From the IMG/VR virus record IMGVR_UViG_3300048591_000242, positions 96,001-160,000 of that record: DNA of 64,000 nt. One strand, given 5' to 3'. The position numbers were made by a program, and so were the translations under genes. The stretch comes from a virus (lineage: Duplodnaviria > Caudoviricetes). Positions 1 through 9,699 of the stretch are shown here, piece after piece (position 1 is the stretch's first letter; each line of letters starts with the position of its first letter). The notes below the pieces were generated by a model. That model made no database searches, was not told the origin of the DNA, and saw only the letters and a program-made list of their open reading frames with translations.

Positions 1-14
1 ATTGGAGAAGACTA

Positions 15-236
15 ATGTCTTTCGTTGACCTTAATAAAAACCAAGAGAAGGCTAGAGAAGTAGAAACTCTAGCTACTGTAGCAAACGGTTTAGCCATAGC
101 CAGTGCTGCAATCAGTGAACTTATCGGCAAAGACTTAGCTAAATCCGAAGAAGTATCCTTCGAGGACCTTATCGTAGTCTGTGTAGGTAATGAGATTAAC
201 ACGGCTATAGAGCGTATGGCAGGAGAGAAAGCGTAA
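15..236 (+). CDS. hypothetical protein
   Basis: 73-aa ORF with GGAG SD; stop abuts next start. Confidence 0.6.
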   Translation: MSFVDLNKNQEKAREVETLATVANGLAIASAAISELIGKDLAKSEEVSFEDLIVVCVGNEINTAIERMAGEKA

Positions 237-1663
237 TGTTGACTAATAAAATTATTACTAGATCCAGAGATCTGGCTAGTTCTGTACACTATGCTGGTTT
301 AACATTAACGGGTTGTCCTGGTAGTGCTATTTCCATTTTAAATAAAAAGGTAAGACCTTTAGCTGTACAAGAAACAACCGATGCTGAGATAGGTGGCGGT
401 AGTAGCAATGCAGTTGTTGAAAGTAGCCTTAAGGCTATGTCGGTAATGGTAGATGCGGATGGCACTGAGTCGCATTCAGTGGAGCTGGGGGCCATAGCTA
501 GTTTTGTGGCCGACAGAGTATCTGCTTCTATTAAGTACGCCAGAAACACCATTAATCCACTAGTAGCAGATATCTTGGGTAAGGCAGAAACTGCTCGGGG
601 AGAGGCCTCTATTGGTGGTATTCTGAGTAGACCTATCGTAATGGTAGAGGTACCTGAAATCTATTATGACGGTATGTTGGATAGCCTTATTGAAAGAAAT
701 AAGACTATGCCTAGTACTGCAAAACCAGTAAACCAGATGTTAGCTGAAGAGCTATTAAGCGCCATTACTGACGTAGAGTTCCTTGATGCCGTTCGCACTA
801 ACAACGAGGTGTTTGATAAGAAAGTAAAAAGCATTTTAAACAACGTATCTATCGACCATTACCTTATCTGCGATCGAGTAAGTCGAGTAGCCAAGTCCTC
901 TCCGTTTAATGATAACTTATCTGTACTGGCTTTGCTCTATTTACTAGCCGTTAAAAATGGTAACGTACAGTCCATCGACACCAACGCATTGTCCGCTGAA
1001 GATAAGTTAGAAATCAGTAACGCTATTAATTATTATGGTTTTATGGTTAATAGACAAATTGACGACTTTGACATGTATCTGAGAAAGAACTTTCTGGTAG
1101 ATTTAAATAGTACCGATTACAGTTCAGTGAAAGTAGTAGGCCCTGTATATCGTAACTGGTTGGAAACTTTAAACGGTACACCGGAGGCTGTGTTAGCCTT
1201 TGCTGCTGAAAACAACAATTCCGGTATGCTGGCTACCTTGCAGGCTGACCTTTACGGTAACCCAGGTAAGTACACTGCGTCTTATAATAGAGCAGTACAG
1301 ACGCTGGCTATAGAGAACCGTTTACGGGGAAATCACGCTATAGATAAAGTAGTAAAGCAAGAGCTCTATAAGTTTATCCGTGAAGAATATGCTGATTCAG
1401 AAACCGAGAAGCGTGAGCTTTTAGAAAGAGTAGAGACGGTTACCGGTAGAGCCAAGTATGTATCGGCTATGGATCTGGACATGCATATCCTACGCACCGT
1501 ATGTAGCGTACTCTGTATGGAGAAGAACGATGCCTTTGAGATTCTCACTACTATGCGTAGCTATTTGAAGGATAACCCTGAGTCTACTCCGGCTACAGCC
1601 GCTTTAGTATCGGCTACCAAACTGGTATCTAAGTGGGTAGTCTCTCAGATGTCGTTATCGTAA
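236..1663 (+). CDS. putative virion structural protein (phiKZ-like head module)
   Basis: 475-aa ORF two genes upstream of the head protease; call is positional. Confidence 0.55.
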   Translation: MLTNKIITRSRDLASSVHYAGLTLTGCPGSAISILNKKVRPLAVQETTDAEIGGGSSNAVVESSLKAMSVMVDADGTESHSVELGAIASFVADRVSASIKYARNTINPLVADILGKAETARGEASIGGILSRPIVMVEVPEIYYDGMLDSLIERNKTMPSTAKPVNQMLAEELLSAITDVEFLDAVRTNNEVFDKKVKSILNNVSIDHYLICDRVSRVAKSSPFNDNLSVLALLYLLAVKNGNVQSIDTNALSAEDKLEISNAINYYGFMVNRQIDDFDMYLRKNFLVDLNSTDYSSVKVVGPVYRNWLETLNGTPEAVLAFAAENNNSGMLATLQADLYGNPGKYTASYNRAVQTLAIENRLRGNHAIDKVVKQELYKFIREEYADSETEKRELLERVETVTGRAKYVSAMDLDMHILRTVCSVLCMEKNDAFEILTTMRSYLKDNPESTPATAALVSATKLVSKWVVSQMSLS

Positions 1664-1679
1664 TTAGGGGGATTCTAGT

Positions 1680-2402
1680 GTGGATATTAGTCGTCTAGTA
1701 CGAGACGGTAATAAAGTTAAGTCTACTCTTAAAACAGTAGCTAACGGTATAGTTACCGAAACTGGCTGTAAGATATACATACCCAAACACTACGCTTCAG
1801 GTAAGCTAGGTAGCATGGTGGATAACGTTAAGTCTATAGGCTTCTTCGCTATGGTAGTAGAAGGTAAGTACTATGCAGTGAATAAGGTATGTGCGATGAT
1901 GACGTTTTCTCCAGATACCATTAACGTGGTTATGGTGGATGAGTATCCATACTTGGAGATGTCCTTTCTACCCGGTTCCTTAGCTATTATAGGTAGGGAA
2001 TTAGTTAGAAATAACTCACTGCTATTCCCTATATACGACGAGATTGTAGCTAAGGGTAGAACACCATGGTACCTTAACTATACTGACCTAGGTGGTATGT
2101 TCGATACAGCGCAGATGCACGCTGGAGTAAATCTTAGGGCTTCTCGTTCTATATTAGAGATGCTGGCTGCCTCTAGGGCACGTGATCCTAAGAATAGGGC
2201 GGGTTACTATAGAAATACACTTAAGTCACAAGATGACTTAAATAGTAAACAGCCCGTAGTTATACCTCTACGTAGCGTTAGTGATGGGGCCACTGGTACC
2301 GGCTCAAAGCTTTTAGGTTCTTATTTAAATGAGGGCCTTTCTTCTGCTTTAGTTAATCCTAATGAGAGACTAGAGAGAGTAGAAGAATTACTTTTAAAAT
2401 AA
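1680..2402 (+). CDS. putative virion structural protein
   Basis: 240-aa ORF immediately upstream of the head protease, as in phiKZ-like phages. Confidence 0.55.
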   Translation: MDISRLVRDGNKVKSTLKTVANGIVTETGCKIYIPKHYASGKLGSMVDNVKSIGFFAMVVEGKYYAVNKVCAMMTFSPDTINVVMVDEYPYLEMSFLPGSLAIIGRELVRNNSLLFPIYDEIVAKGRTPWYLNYTDLGGMFDTAQMHAGVNLRASRSILEMLAASRARDPKNRAGYYRNTLKSQDDLNSKQPVVIPLRSVSDGATGTGSKLLGSYLNEGLSSALVNPNERLERVEELLLK

Positions 2403-2419
2403 ACAAGAGGAATTAAACA

Positions 2420-3175
2420 ATGAGCCGTTCAGTTAGTTATAGCTGTAATCTAGTGCACGGTACCGACAAAAAGAGAAAGCTTAAGGTAGATGCTAATGGC
2501 TACTATGAGTGTACCCTGGGTGCCTTTAACATTTACAACAGTAGTGGTGAGTATTATCCGGCATTAGAGTCAGTAAAGGAAATGTTTTCTCCTGGAGGTA
2601 GTCTACGTCGTAGGTTAGATAACGGTACCTGTAGAGGTGAATTAGATCACCCAAGTCCAGCGCAGTGTAAAAACCTTATGGACTTTATTAAAAGAGTACT
2701 GACTATTCAACCAGACAGGGTATCACACCACATTGCCTCGGTTACTCTAAATGAAACCAGAGACGATAAAGGTAATAACATAGTTTTATGTACCGGTAGA
2801 TTAAAACCTTCTGGTCCGTATGCTAGTACCTTACAAGCTAGTCTGGAAAACGTAGAAGAAAACGTAGCTTTTTCCATACGTTCTCTTACCAACGACAAGA
2901 CTTTAAATGGTAGAAAAGAGAAACACATTCAAACTATAGTTACTTGGGATTATGTAAACGAGCCTGGGATTTCTTTAGCGAATAAGTTTCAAACGCCTAC
3001 TTTAGAGTCACTGGATAGTGAAGTAGTTATACTGGAAGATATGTTATCCGATATAGCTAGAGAGAAATCTCCGTTAGGTATGGAATCTGCTAGGGCTGCA
3101 GCTATGGTTTTAACAGACTTAGGGTGGCACAAAGTAGAGGTTATTAATCCTAACCTTGCGTATTTGAATTGGTAA
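2420..3175 (+). CDS. prohead (head maturation) protease, phiKZ gp175-like
   Basis: RGELDHP (catalytic His), AFSIRS (catalytic Ser) and TWDYVNEPG motifs of T4 gp21/phiKZ gp175-type proteases. Confidence 0.85.
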   Translation: MSRSVSYSCNLVHGTDKKRKLKVDANGYYECTLGAFNIYNSSGEYYPALESVKEMFSPGGSLRRRLDNGTCRGELDHPSPAQCKNLMDFIKRVLTIQPDRVSHHIASVTLNETRDDKGNNIVLCTGRLKPSGPYASTLQASLENVEENVAFSIRSLTNDKTLNGRKEKHIQTIVTWDYVNEPGISLANKFQTPTLESLDSEVVILEDMLSDIAREKSPLGMESARAAAMVLTDLGWHKVEVINPNLAYLNW

Positions 3176-3183
3176 ATAAACAT

Positions 3184-3222
3184 TACTCCATACTCCTTAA
3201 TGGGGTATGGGGTATATGCCGT
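3184..3222 (+). terminator. hairpin + TATGCCGT terminator-like element
   Basis: 13-bp stem (with G-U pairs) right after the stop codon, then TATGCCGT. Confidence 0.65.
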
Positions 3223-3330
3223 AGGCCGGTATATCGTATGTCTAATTTTGCAACAATATCTATAGCCGATACCGTTTAATATGTGTTGCTTTATCTAATC
3301 TATATAACTAATAGACTATAGGGGCACGGT

Positions 3331-3813
3331 ATGAAGAAAGGCAGTGAGGGCAGTGTCAGTAGAGACATAGACATTGTGGAAGATACTACCATAAGAGTAA
3401 AGACTATTTTAGGTGGAGCTATAGCGGTTATCATGACGGTAGCTGGCGCTGCTATGGAATTTAGGGATATAAAAAGAGATATCTCTGATATTACCAACGT
3501 ATCTATCTCTAGAGTAAATGAAAGGTATGGGGATTTAAAGGTAGACGTAGCTAACCTGATGGTTGAGAGCGCTGCTAGTAAGACAGAAATTACTAAACTT
3601 ATAGCAGAAAATACTAAGCAGATAGATTTAGGGGATAGTAAGTTACGAGAGTCTATTAGAGACTTAGGTATCAGAGTGACGGATATGGAGGATCGCGTGG
3701 TTAGATTAAAAATAGATATACTTAAAGCTACTAAGGAAAGTGAGACTAAAATAGCTGAGCTGGATAAGCGTATAGATAAGCTTACTAGGGAAATGGATAA
3801 GCTAGGCAAGTAA
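3331..3813 (+). CDS. membrane-anchored coiled-coil protein
   Basis: one hydrophobic segment (ILGGAIAVIMTVAGAAM) followed by a heptad-rich helical region. Confidence 0.65.
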   Translation: MKKGSEGSVSRDIDIVEDTTIRVKTILGGAIAVIMTVAGAAMEFRDIKRDISDITNVSISRVNERYGDLKVDVANLMVESAASKTEITKLIAENTKQIDLGDSKLRESIRDLGIRVTDMEDRVVRLKIDILKATKESETKIAELDKRIDKLTREMDKLGK

Positions 3814-3860
3814 TGTAGTGGCGTGGAGTGTACACCGTAATTTAACAAAGGTGCTGCTCC

Positions 3861-4286
3861 GTGAATAAATTAATTATAGCCTTTTTTACAATGGCTGTGT
3901 CTACCACACTAAACGGGGAGTTAGTTATAATTACTAACCGAGACACAGGGGTAAAATCAATAACCTATGAGTTCCTGTATGACTCCTATGTGTTTAACAT
4001 ACGTACGTGGCCAAACGGCATGCCGCTTACTATAGTCACTTTACCCATGTCTGACGTAGGCCATCGTTTATTTTTAGACAAGTATATTGGATTGGGATCT
4101 GTAGGCTATTTGACTCGCTATGAGCGTAAAGTACTACTGGGTAATGCCAGACCCCCGGTAGTAGTAGAGAGCCCGTACGCGCTAATAGAAGCAGTGTCTA
4201 CTAATGTAGGGTATGTAGGGTATATAGACAGTGATATACTCAAATATAGCGGTACGGATAACATTGAAGTTCTGAATATACAGTAA
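3861..4286 (+). CDS. secreted small periplasmic-binding-protein-like protein
   Basis: signal peptide; VIITN..WPNG..H..F..G.ARPP..VGY pattern resembles small gammaproteobacterial phosphate-binding-like proteins. Confidence 0.55.
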   Translation: MNKLIIAFFTMAVSTTLNGELVIITNRDTGVKSITYEFLYDSYVFNIRTWPNGMPLTIVTLPMSDVGHRLFLDKYIGLGSVGYLTRYERKVLLGNARPPVVVESPYALIEAVSTNVGYVGYIDSDILKYSGTDNIEVLNIQ

Positions 4287-4290
4287 ATAT

Positions 4291-4331
4291 ACTCTATAGG
4301 GACATCTGTCCCTATAGAGTGACCTTATGCT
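4291..4331 (+). terminator. hairpin + TATGC element
   Basis: perfect 13-bp stem ACTCTATAGGGAC/GTCCCTATAGAGT. Confidence 0.65.
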
Positions 4332-4397
4332 TCATTTATATTTTAACGTTTACCAAGAATAGAGTATAAGACAATAGCTTAATCTGGATAGGTTACT

Positions 4398-6863
4398 ATG
4401 TATATTAAAAGAATAATTCTTAAAGGTTTTAAGAATCTAGCACTATCTAACATAGAAGAGCTGGATTATTCCATAGAGATGCCCTTACAGTTAGTGTTAG
4501 GAAAGAACGGTTCTGGTAAATCCAGTTTATTAAGAGAGCTGTCTCCTTTTCCAGCTAACACTAGTAATTTCGATAAGGGCGGTTTTAAAGAAGTACATTT
4601 GGAGTATAACGGTAATACGTATCTTCTTAAAAGTGAAATCAGTAGATCTGGCAGACACTGGTTTATAAAGAATGAAAGCGAAAGATTGAATGACGGTGGT
4701 ACTGCTGCCGTTCAAAAGGAGCTAGTAGAAAGGGAGTTTAATATTACTCCTTTTATTTATAAGTTAATCACTGGTCAGCTTAGGTTCACAGACATGTCTC
4801 CTAGCGCCCGTAAAGATGCCTTAACGACGATTTCTAACCTTAAGCTAGACTATGCCTTGGGTTTATTTGAACGCCTCAGACAGGCCCACAGGGACACTCA
4901 GGGGGCTATCAAACATGTGGATAGTAAACTGGAGGGAGTAAACAGTCAGCTATTGGCTATAGGTGATCTAAATGCTCTACAAGAAGAACACCTAATTATT
5001 ACCGAAAGTATCCGTGAGCTAATACCGCTATCGGTAAACCAAAAGATAAATACCGCATATCTAGAACAGCAATTAAATAACGCATTAGATAACTTAGATT
5101 CGTATATAGTTGCACAGGGACACTGTCTAAATATAAATGATTCCAAGTATAGATCTACCATAGATGTAGAGAAAGCTATTTTAGAGATAGATAATAAACT
5201 CTATGCTGAAAAAACAAATATAGACGAGTTACTAAATAATCTATCTGAGCTTACCAAACTAACCGCTGTATTGGAAGATAATGAGGATGGAATTACTATA
5301 CTGGAAGATAGGGTAAAATATATAGACAGTGAGTTAGCTAAATTGCCTCCTGCCATATCCACTGTAGATTACGTTGTTAGTACGGATATAGTTCTAAATA
5401 AACTTACAGGGGTGTACGGTAGACTACAAGACCTATACGCCAACAAAGACATTGAAATGGTTTCATGTACTAGATTGGAGTATCAGGAGAGTAAATCAAA
5501 ACTGGAAGAAGCTAATACCGCTTTGGTTTACAATAAAGCTTATTTAGGTAGGCAGGAGAATATTCGATCTAAGGTGGAGTTAGCCAGACTAGAGGATAAG
5601 ACTTGTCCTAAGTGCGAGACAGTTATATTGGGTAGTGAGTCTATGTCGGATGAAGAGTACAGTGCACTTCTGGCTAAAATAGAGGAATTACGTGTAACTG
5701 TATCTGAGAGTGAGGCTAAACGAAATAAGATAGCTGAATTACATGACAGATATGAGCTATATGTACGTTACTTTAAATCAGTGCACTCCACTATTTATAG
5801 TGAGAATGAACTGCTTCCACTATGGAACTCTATGGGTGAAATTAAGTGGATCATAGATAATCTAAATGTAAGTTTAGATTTAATACGTAAAGAGATAAAC
5901 TCATTGAAGATTAAAATTCATAGAGACTCTCTTTTGTTAGACAAATCTAATATGGTATCTACTATAGATAACTTTAGATTAGCTGAATCCACTAATGCCT
6001 GCGCACGTAAAAAGTCTATAGAGTCTGCTCTAGATAAACGCTATGCTTCTTTGTCTACGTATAGGGAAAAGAAGAAACATCTAGAACAAGAACTATCTAG
6101 ATTCAGAGCATGCACTGTATTTCAAGAGACTTATCTTAAGCTGAAAGACGAACTTACTTTAGCCTGGTACAATTGGTGTAACGGTATGGCACATAGCCTT
6201 ATAGGAGATAAAATAGAGGAGTTTCAAAATAGATCCGGCGACATAAGAGCTATACTTAGTAAAAAGAATCATCTTTTAATCTCAGCTTATGAGTTAAAAG
6301 AAGATCATACTAGATTGGCAGAAGAGCTAGAAGCCTATAAAGAACTCTCCAGAGAGCTATCACCCACTACAGGCGTAATAGCTGAAATTATGCGTGAGTA
6401 TTTAGATAACTTTCTAGGGGAAATAAACAAAATTATAGGCTTCGTCTGGGAATATCCGCTATCCGTTAAATCCTGCGGCGTAGAAACAGTAGGTTTGGAT
6501 TATAAATTTCCTTTAGTAGTGTCTGACTTAGATACCCCTATAGACATATCTGAGGGTTCACAGGGACAAAAGGATATTATTAACTTTGCCTTTACTATAG
6601 TAGCTATGGCTTATATGGGGCTACAAGACTACCCTATATACATGGATGAAGTAGGTGCGTCTTTTGACCACAAGCATAGAGGTAATTTAATTAACTACAT
6701 AAAGACGCTGATAGAAAGTCGACAGTGTAGTCAGTTATTTATGGTAAATCACTATAGTAGCGACCATGGTGGATTATCTCACACAAACACGCTTGTACTC
6801 TCAGCAGATAACATCGTATTGCCTAGTAACTACAACGAGCACGTTAAAATAACATACAAGTAA
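4398..6863 (+). CDS. sbcC: SbcC/Rad50-like SMC ATPase
   Basis: Walker A GKNGSGKS, long coiled coil, CPKC zinc hook, Walker B IYMDE. Confidence 0.9.
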   Translation: MYIKRIILKGFKNLALSNIEELDYSIEMPLQLVLGKNGSGKSSLLRELSPFPANTSNFDKGGFKEVHLEYNGNTYLLKSEISRSGRHWFIKNESERLNDGGTAAVQKELVEREFNITPFIYKLITGQLRFTDMSPSARKDALTTISNLKLDYALGLFERLRQAHRDTQGAIKHVDSKLEGVNSQLLAIGDLNALQEEHLIITESIRELIPLSVNQKINTAYLEQQLNNALDNLDSYIVAQGHCLNINDSKYRSTIDVEKAILEIDNKLYAEKTNIDELLNNLSELTKLTAVLEDNEDGITILEDRVKYIDSELAKLPPAISTVDYVVSTDIVLNKLTGVYGRLQDLYANKDIEMVSCTRLEYQESKSKLEEANTALVYNKAYLGRQENIRSKVELARLEDKTCPKCETVILGSESMSDEEYSALLAKIEELRVTVSESEAKRNKIAELHDRYELYVRYFKSVHSTIYSENELLPLWNSMGEIKWIIDNLNVSLDLIRKEINSLKIKIHRDSLLLDKSNMVSTIDNFRLAESTNACARKKSIESALDKRYASLSTYREKKKHLEQELSRFRACTVFQETYLKLKDELTLAWYNWCNGMAHSLIGDKIEEFQNRSGDIRAILSKKNHLLISAYELKEDHTRLAEELEAYKELSRELSPTTGVIAEIMREYLDNFLGEINKIIGFVWEYPLSVKSCGVETVGLDYKFPLVVSDLDTPIDISEGSQGQKDIINFAFTIVAMAYMGLQDYPIYMDEVGASFDHKHRGNLINYIKTLIESRQCSQLFMVNHYSSDHGGLSHTNTLVLSADNIVLPSNYNEHVKITYK

Positions 6864-6877
6864 TGAGGAGACAATGA

Positions 6878-7363
6878 ATGGATATAACTACACTGCCAAT
6901 CGAATATGCTGTGATTTTGCTATTCTTGTTTGAAATAATTGGTTGGGTCATCCCATATAGAGGTGATTCTCCGGTATGGGCCAAACCAGGCTTATATACG
7001 GTAGCAGCACTAATAATGTTTAAGTGGATTATATTTTCTGGTATAGTCTACTGGATAGAGGGATTCCTTACCAGTACTAGCATATCCGCTCTGTGTATAT
7101 TTAATGTTTTAAACCCATACTTTTTACTGTATGGAGGTGTAGCCATACCGCATGGGCATCATAACCATAAGAAGATACATAGCGCATACAAACACATGTT
7201 ATCCATTATGTCTATACTAGTTACTGTATCTGTAATTCAGTATATATACACTTATGATGTGATGCCGTGGGCTCACGTGTATGTTAATATATTTTTAATA
7301 TACATAACGTTTGCAGTGCCACCTAGGCAATTAATAAAGTCTCAGCAGCTAGTGTATTTATAG
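6878..7363 (+). CDS. multi-pass membrane protein with His-rich loop
   Basis: about five hydrophobic segments; PHGHHNHKKIH loop. Confidence 0.65.
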   Translation: MDITTLPIEYAVILLFLFEIIGWVIPYRGDSPVWAKPGLYTVAALIMFKWIIFSGIVYWIEGFLTSTSISALCIFNVLNPYFLLYGGVAIPHGHHNHKKIHSAYKHMLSIMSILVTVSVIQYIYTYDVMPWAHVYVNIFLIYITFAVPPRQLIKSQQLVYL

Positions 7364-7412
7364 CATAGTTTCTCTATACAGGACAAATGTCCTGTATAGA
7401 GCTTTATGCTGT
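7363..7412. terminator. GCATA-hairpin-TATGCTGT element
   Basis: perfect 13-bp stem with complementary flanks. Confidence 0.65.
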
Positions 7413-7478
7413 GTATTTTTTAATCTAAATTGTATATAATTATTTACAAAAATAGGTTAAAATAAGAAGAGGTGTGGT

Positions 7479-8132
7479 ATGGTGAACGATCTACAGTTAG
7501 CCCTATTGTGCGTAAACGCATATACCGACGGTAATAACCACGGTAATGGGGTTGTTAGATCACAAGGAGCCAGTGTGGTATACGACAAGGTAGTTTACTA
7601 TAAACAGGTTAGAGAAGTGGAAGTAGTGGGATATTACCTAAACAACAATGATTTTGTTTTGGCAGTAAGAGGCACAGAAACACATCACAACTCCAGAAGA
7701 TGGTACACTAACTGGTTTGACATTGTTAGGAACCTACGTGCTGTACCCTGGAAGACTGAATTTGGTTGGGGGCATGCCGGTTTCTATAAAGGTGCTAAGT
7801 ACTGGCTAGAAGAGTATAAGAGTAAGATACCCAAGAACGTTAACTTACATATAGTGGGTCATTCCATGGGTGCACAGATAGCCGCTTGGATGGCGCTGCA
7901 TTTACGGGATGATGTTAGCAGGGTAGTGTTATTCGCTGAGCCTAAAGGGTTTTTTAGGGGTACTTATAAGACATACAGCATACTAGGGCTTAAATCCATA
8001 ACTACCTCATATTTAAATGGCGATGATTGGATACGTAATGTACCGCCATGGGGAAAGAGATCAGTAAGGCCCACTATGTTACCTACAGGCACGCACAAAA
8101 TGTCCGAGTACATAGCTTCATTACTTAAGTAA
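7479..8132 (+). CDS. lipase, class 3 (alpha/beta hydrolase)
   Basis: LAVRGTE, HAGF and GHSMG nucleophile elbow; D..R.VP. Confidence 0.85.
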   Translation: MVNDLQLALLCVNAYTDGNNHGNGVVRSQGASVVYDKVVYYKQVREVEVVGYYLNNNDFVLAVRGTETHHNSRRWYTNWFDIVRNLRAVPWKTEFGWGHAGFYKGAKYWLEEYKSKIPKNVNLHIVGHSMGAQIAAWMALHLRDDVSRVVLFAEPKGFFRGTYKTYSILGLKSITTSYLNGDDWIRNVPPWGKRSVRPTMLPTGTHKMSEYIASLLK

Positions 8133-8137
8133 AACGC

Positions 8138-8175
8138 AGCTACGGTCTCCATAGGAGGCTGTAGCTATCTATGCT
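8138..8175 (+). terminator. hairpin + TATGC element
   Basis: stem-loop right after the lipase stop. Confidence 0.55.
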
Positions 8176-8225
8176 TGTTAATATAAACCTACTAAATTAA
8201 TAGTATTGCGTCCAAGCATGTTTTA

Positions 8226-8237
8226 GGTATATATCAC
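8226..8237 (+). promoter_or_regulatory. phiKZ-type early promoter (GGTATATATCAC)
   Basis: variant of the TATATTAC consensus; 23-nt exact repeat shared with 19662-19684. Confidence 0.65.
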
Positions 8238-8294
8238 TATAGTAGAATGGTGCACTAAGCACAAAACCAACCACAAGTAAAGGATAAGTTAAAA

Positions 8295-8693
8295 ATGACA
8301 AACAATACACGACCTGAGCTAGTAAAAGCAATTGTAGAAAATACATCTATTGATGGCGGACTAGCTACGGTAGGGGAAAATGTTTATTATGAAAATGCCC
8401 CAGAAGGCATTACACCAGACACAGTAAAGTTACACAGAGGCTATGACAGTGAGTACGCCTGTGCCACTTCTATGGCCATGGGCGAATTAGCCAGTGACCT
8501 CATTACTGGCGATGTCGATACGATAACAATGGAGTACAACATGGGTGCCAATCAGACCGGTACACATGTGGCTATAAAGGACACCAAAACTGAAGTATGG
8601 TCTGGATATAGCTCTATCAAAACAGAGCTAGAGGGAGGGGAAGTATTTACCCTATGTCAACAATCATTATTGGATACATTAAACAAATTGTAA
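8295..8693 (+). CDS. hypothetical early protein
   Basis: 132-aa ORF with AAGGA SD just downstream of the early promoter motif. Confidence 0.7.
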   Translation: MTNNTRPELVKAIVENTSIDGGLATVGENVYYENAPEGITPDTVKLHRGYDSEYACATSMAMGELASDLITGDVDTITMEYNMGANQTGTHVAIKDTKTEVWSGYSSIKTELEGGEVFTLCQQSLLDTLNKL

Positions 8694-8706
8694 CCGAGGA
8701 GGTTAT

Positions 8707-8841
8707 ATGTCATCTTTAGAACTACTGGATGATCTGCTTTACAACCCTGAAAGGGAAGAAGCGGAGGAGTATTACGAGGCCCTGCGCGAGAAGCAGGATG
8801 AAGAAAACCGAATCTACAATTCCGGTGAAGACGGAGTGTAG
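8707..8841 (+). CDS. highly acidic 44-aa microprotein (not in ORF track)
   Basis: GAGGAGG SD; ATG..TAG translated by hand; 15 D/E of 44. Confidence 0.7.
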   Translation: MSSLELLDDLLYNPEREEAEEYYEALREKQDEENRIYNSGEDGV

Positions 8842-8850
8842 TGTGTAGGG

Positions 8851-8878
8851 TAGGGGGCTAATAACCCCCTATTTTTTT
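8851..8878 (+). terminator. classical intrinsic terminator
   Basis: TAGGGG..CCCCTA stem followed by a T-run. Confidence 0.75.
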
Positions 8879-8887
8879 GGGGGTTTT

Positions 8888-9250
8888 ATGAAATTACACA
8901 CCATACAGCTAGCCAAACGTCGATTAGCTGAAAGGTTGGATATACCTGTAATAGATACAACCGTTAAGTCCGGTTTAAGGATATTCGCCCCTACATGGCA
9001 TATGGTTACTTCAGTTAAAGATGGTACTATATCGGAAGAAACTTATACCAAAATGTATTTTGACTTAATGCGTAACTCATATCGAGACCACAACGACATT
9101 TGGGCTGAGTTCTGTAATAGAGAAGAAGTCGCAGTAGCTTGTTATTGTAAAGCGGGGGAATTTTGTCACAGGCACCTACTTGTAGCAATATTGCAAAAAG
9201 TATGCACACATAACGGCATAAGTTTCTTTTATGCAGGTGAGCTTAAATAA
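8888..9250 (+). CDS. DUF488-like conserved phage protein
   Basis: FAPTW.MV and C-terminal ACYC...FCHRHLL pattern. Confidence 0.5.
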   Translation: MKLHTIQLAKRRLAERLDIPVIDTTVKSGLRIFAPTWHMVTSVKDGTISEETYTKMYFDLMRNSYRDHNDIWAEFCNREEVAVACYCKAGEFCHRHLLVAILQKVCTHNGISFFYAGELK

Positions 9251-9263
9251 GAGGTAATGTAAT

Positions 9264-9644
9264 ATGTCATCTATAAACAAACCTGAATATATCAACTATG
9301 CTACGGTGGATAAAGTAATAGACGGGGATACATACGACTGCACTGTACATTTGCCGTTTGGTATATTCTGTAAACAACGTTTTAGGCTGCATGGTGCAGA
9401 TACTCCGGAAACATGGAGGCCCAAGACTGAGTCAGAAGCTAGGCATGGGAAGAAAGCTACTGACTATGTAGTGAGTGCCATAGAAGGCAAGGAGGTTATT
9501 CTAAAGACATATAAGGATATTGGAGTGTATGGTAGATACACGGCTGAGGTATGGATACTTAGCGTCAATAGAACCCCGGTAAACAGTTTAGCTGACTTAC
9601 TAAAAGACGCTGGTCTTCTAAAGCTAGATAGCTACACTGATTAA
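9264..9644 (+). CDS. thermonuclease (SNase) family protein
   Basis: VIDGDT, RLHGADTPE and YGRYTAEV motifs. Confidence 0.85.
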   Translation: MSSINKPEYINYATVDKVIDGDTYDCTVHLPFGIFCKQRFRLHGADTPETWRPKTESEARHGKKATDYVVSAIEGKEVILKTYKDIGVYGRYTAEVWILSVNRTPVNSLADLLKDAGLLKLDSYTD

Positions 9645-9646
9645 AT

Positions 9647-9699
9647 ACAGCATAAGTACACTAGTACCCAATAAGGGTACTAGTGTATGCTTATGCCGT
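9647..9699. terminator. bidirectional ACAGCATA-hairpin-TATGC element
   Basis: perfect 13-bp stem between convergent genes. Confidence 0.7.
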
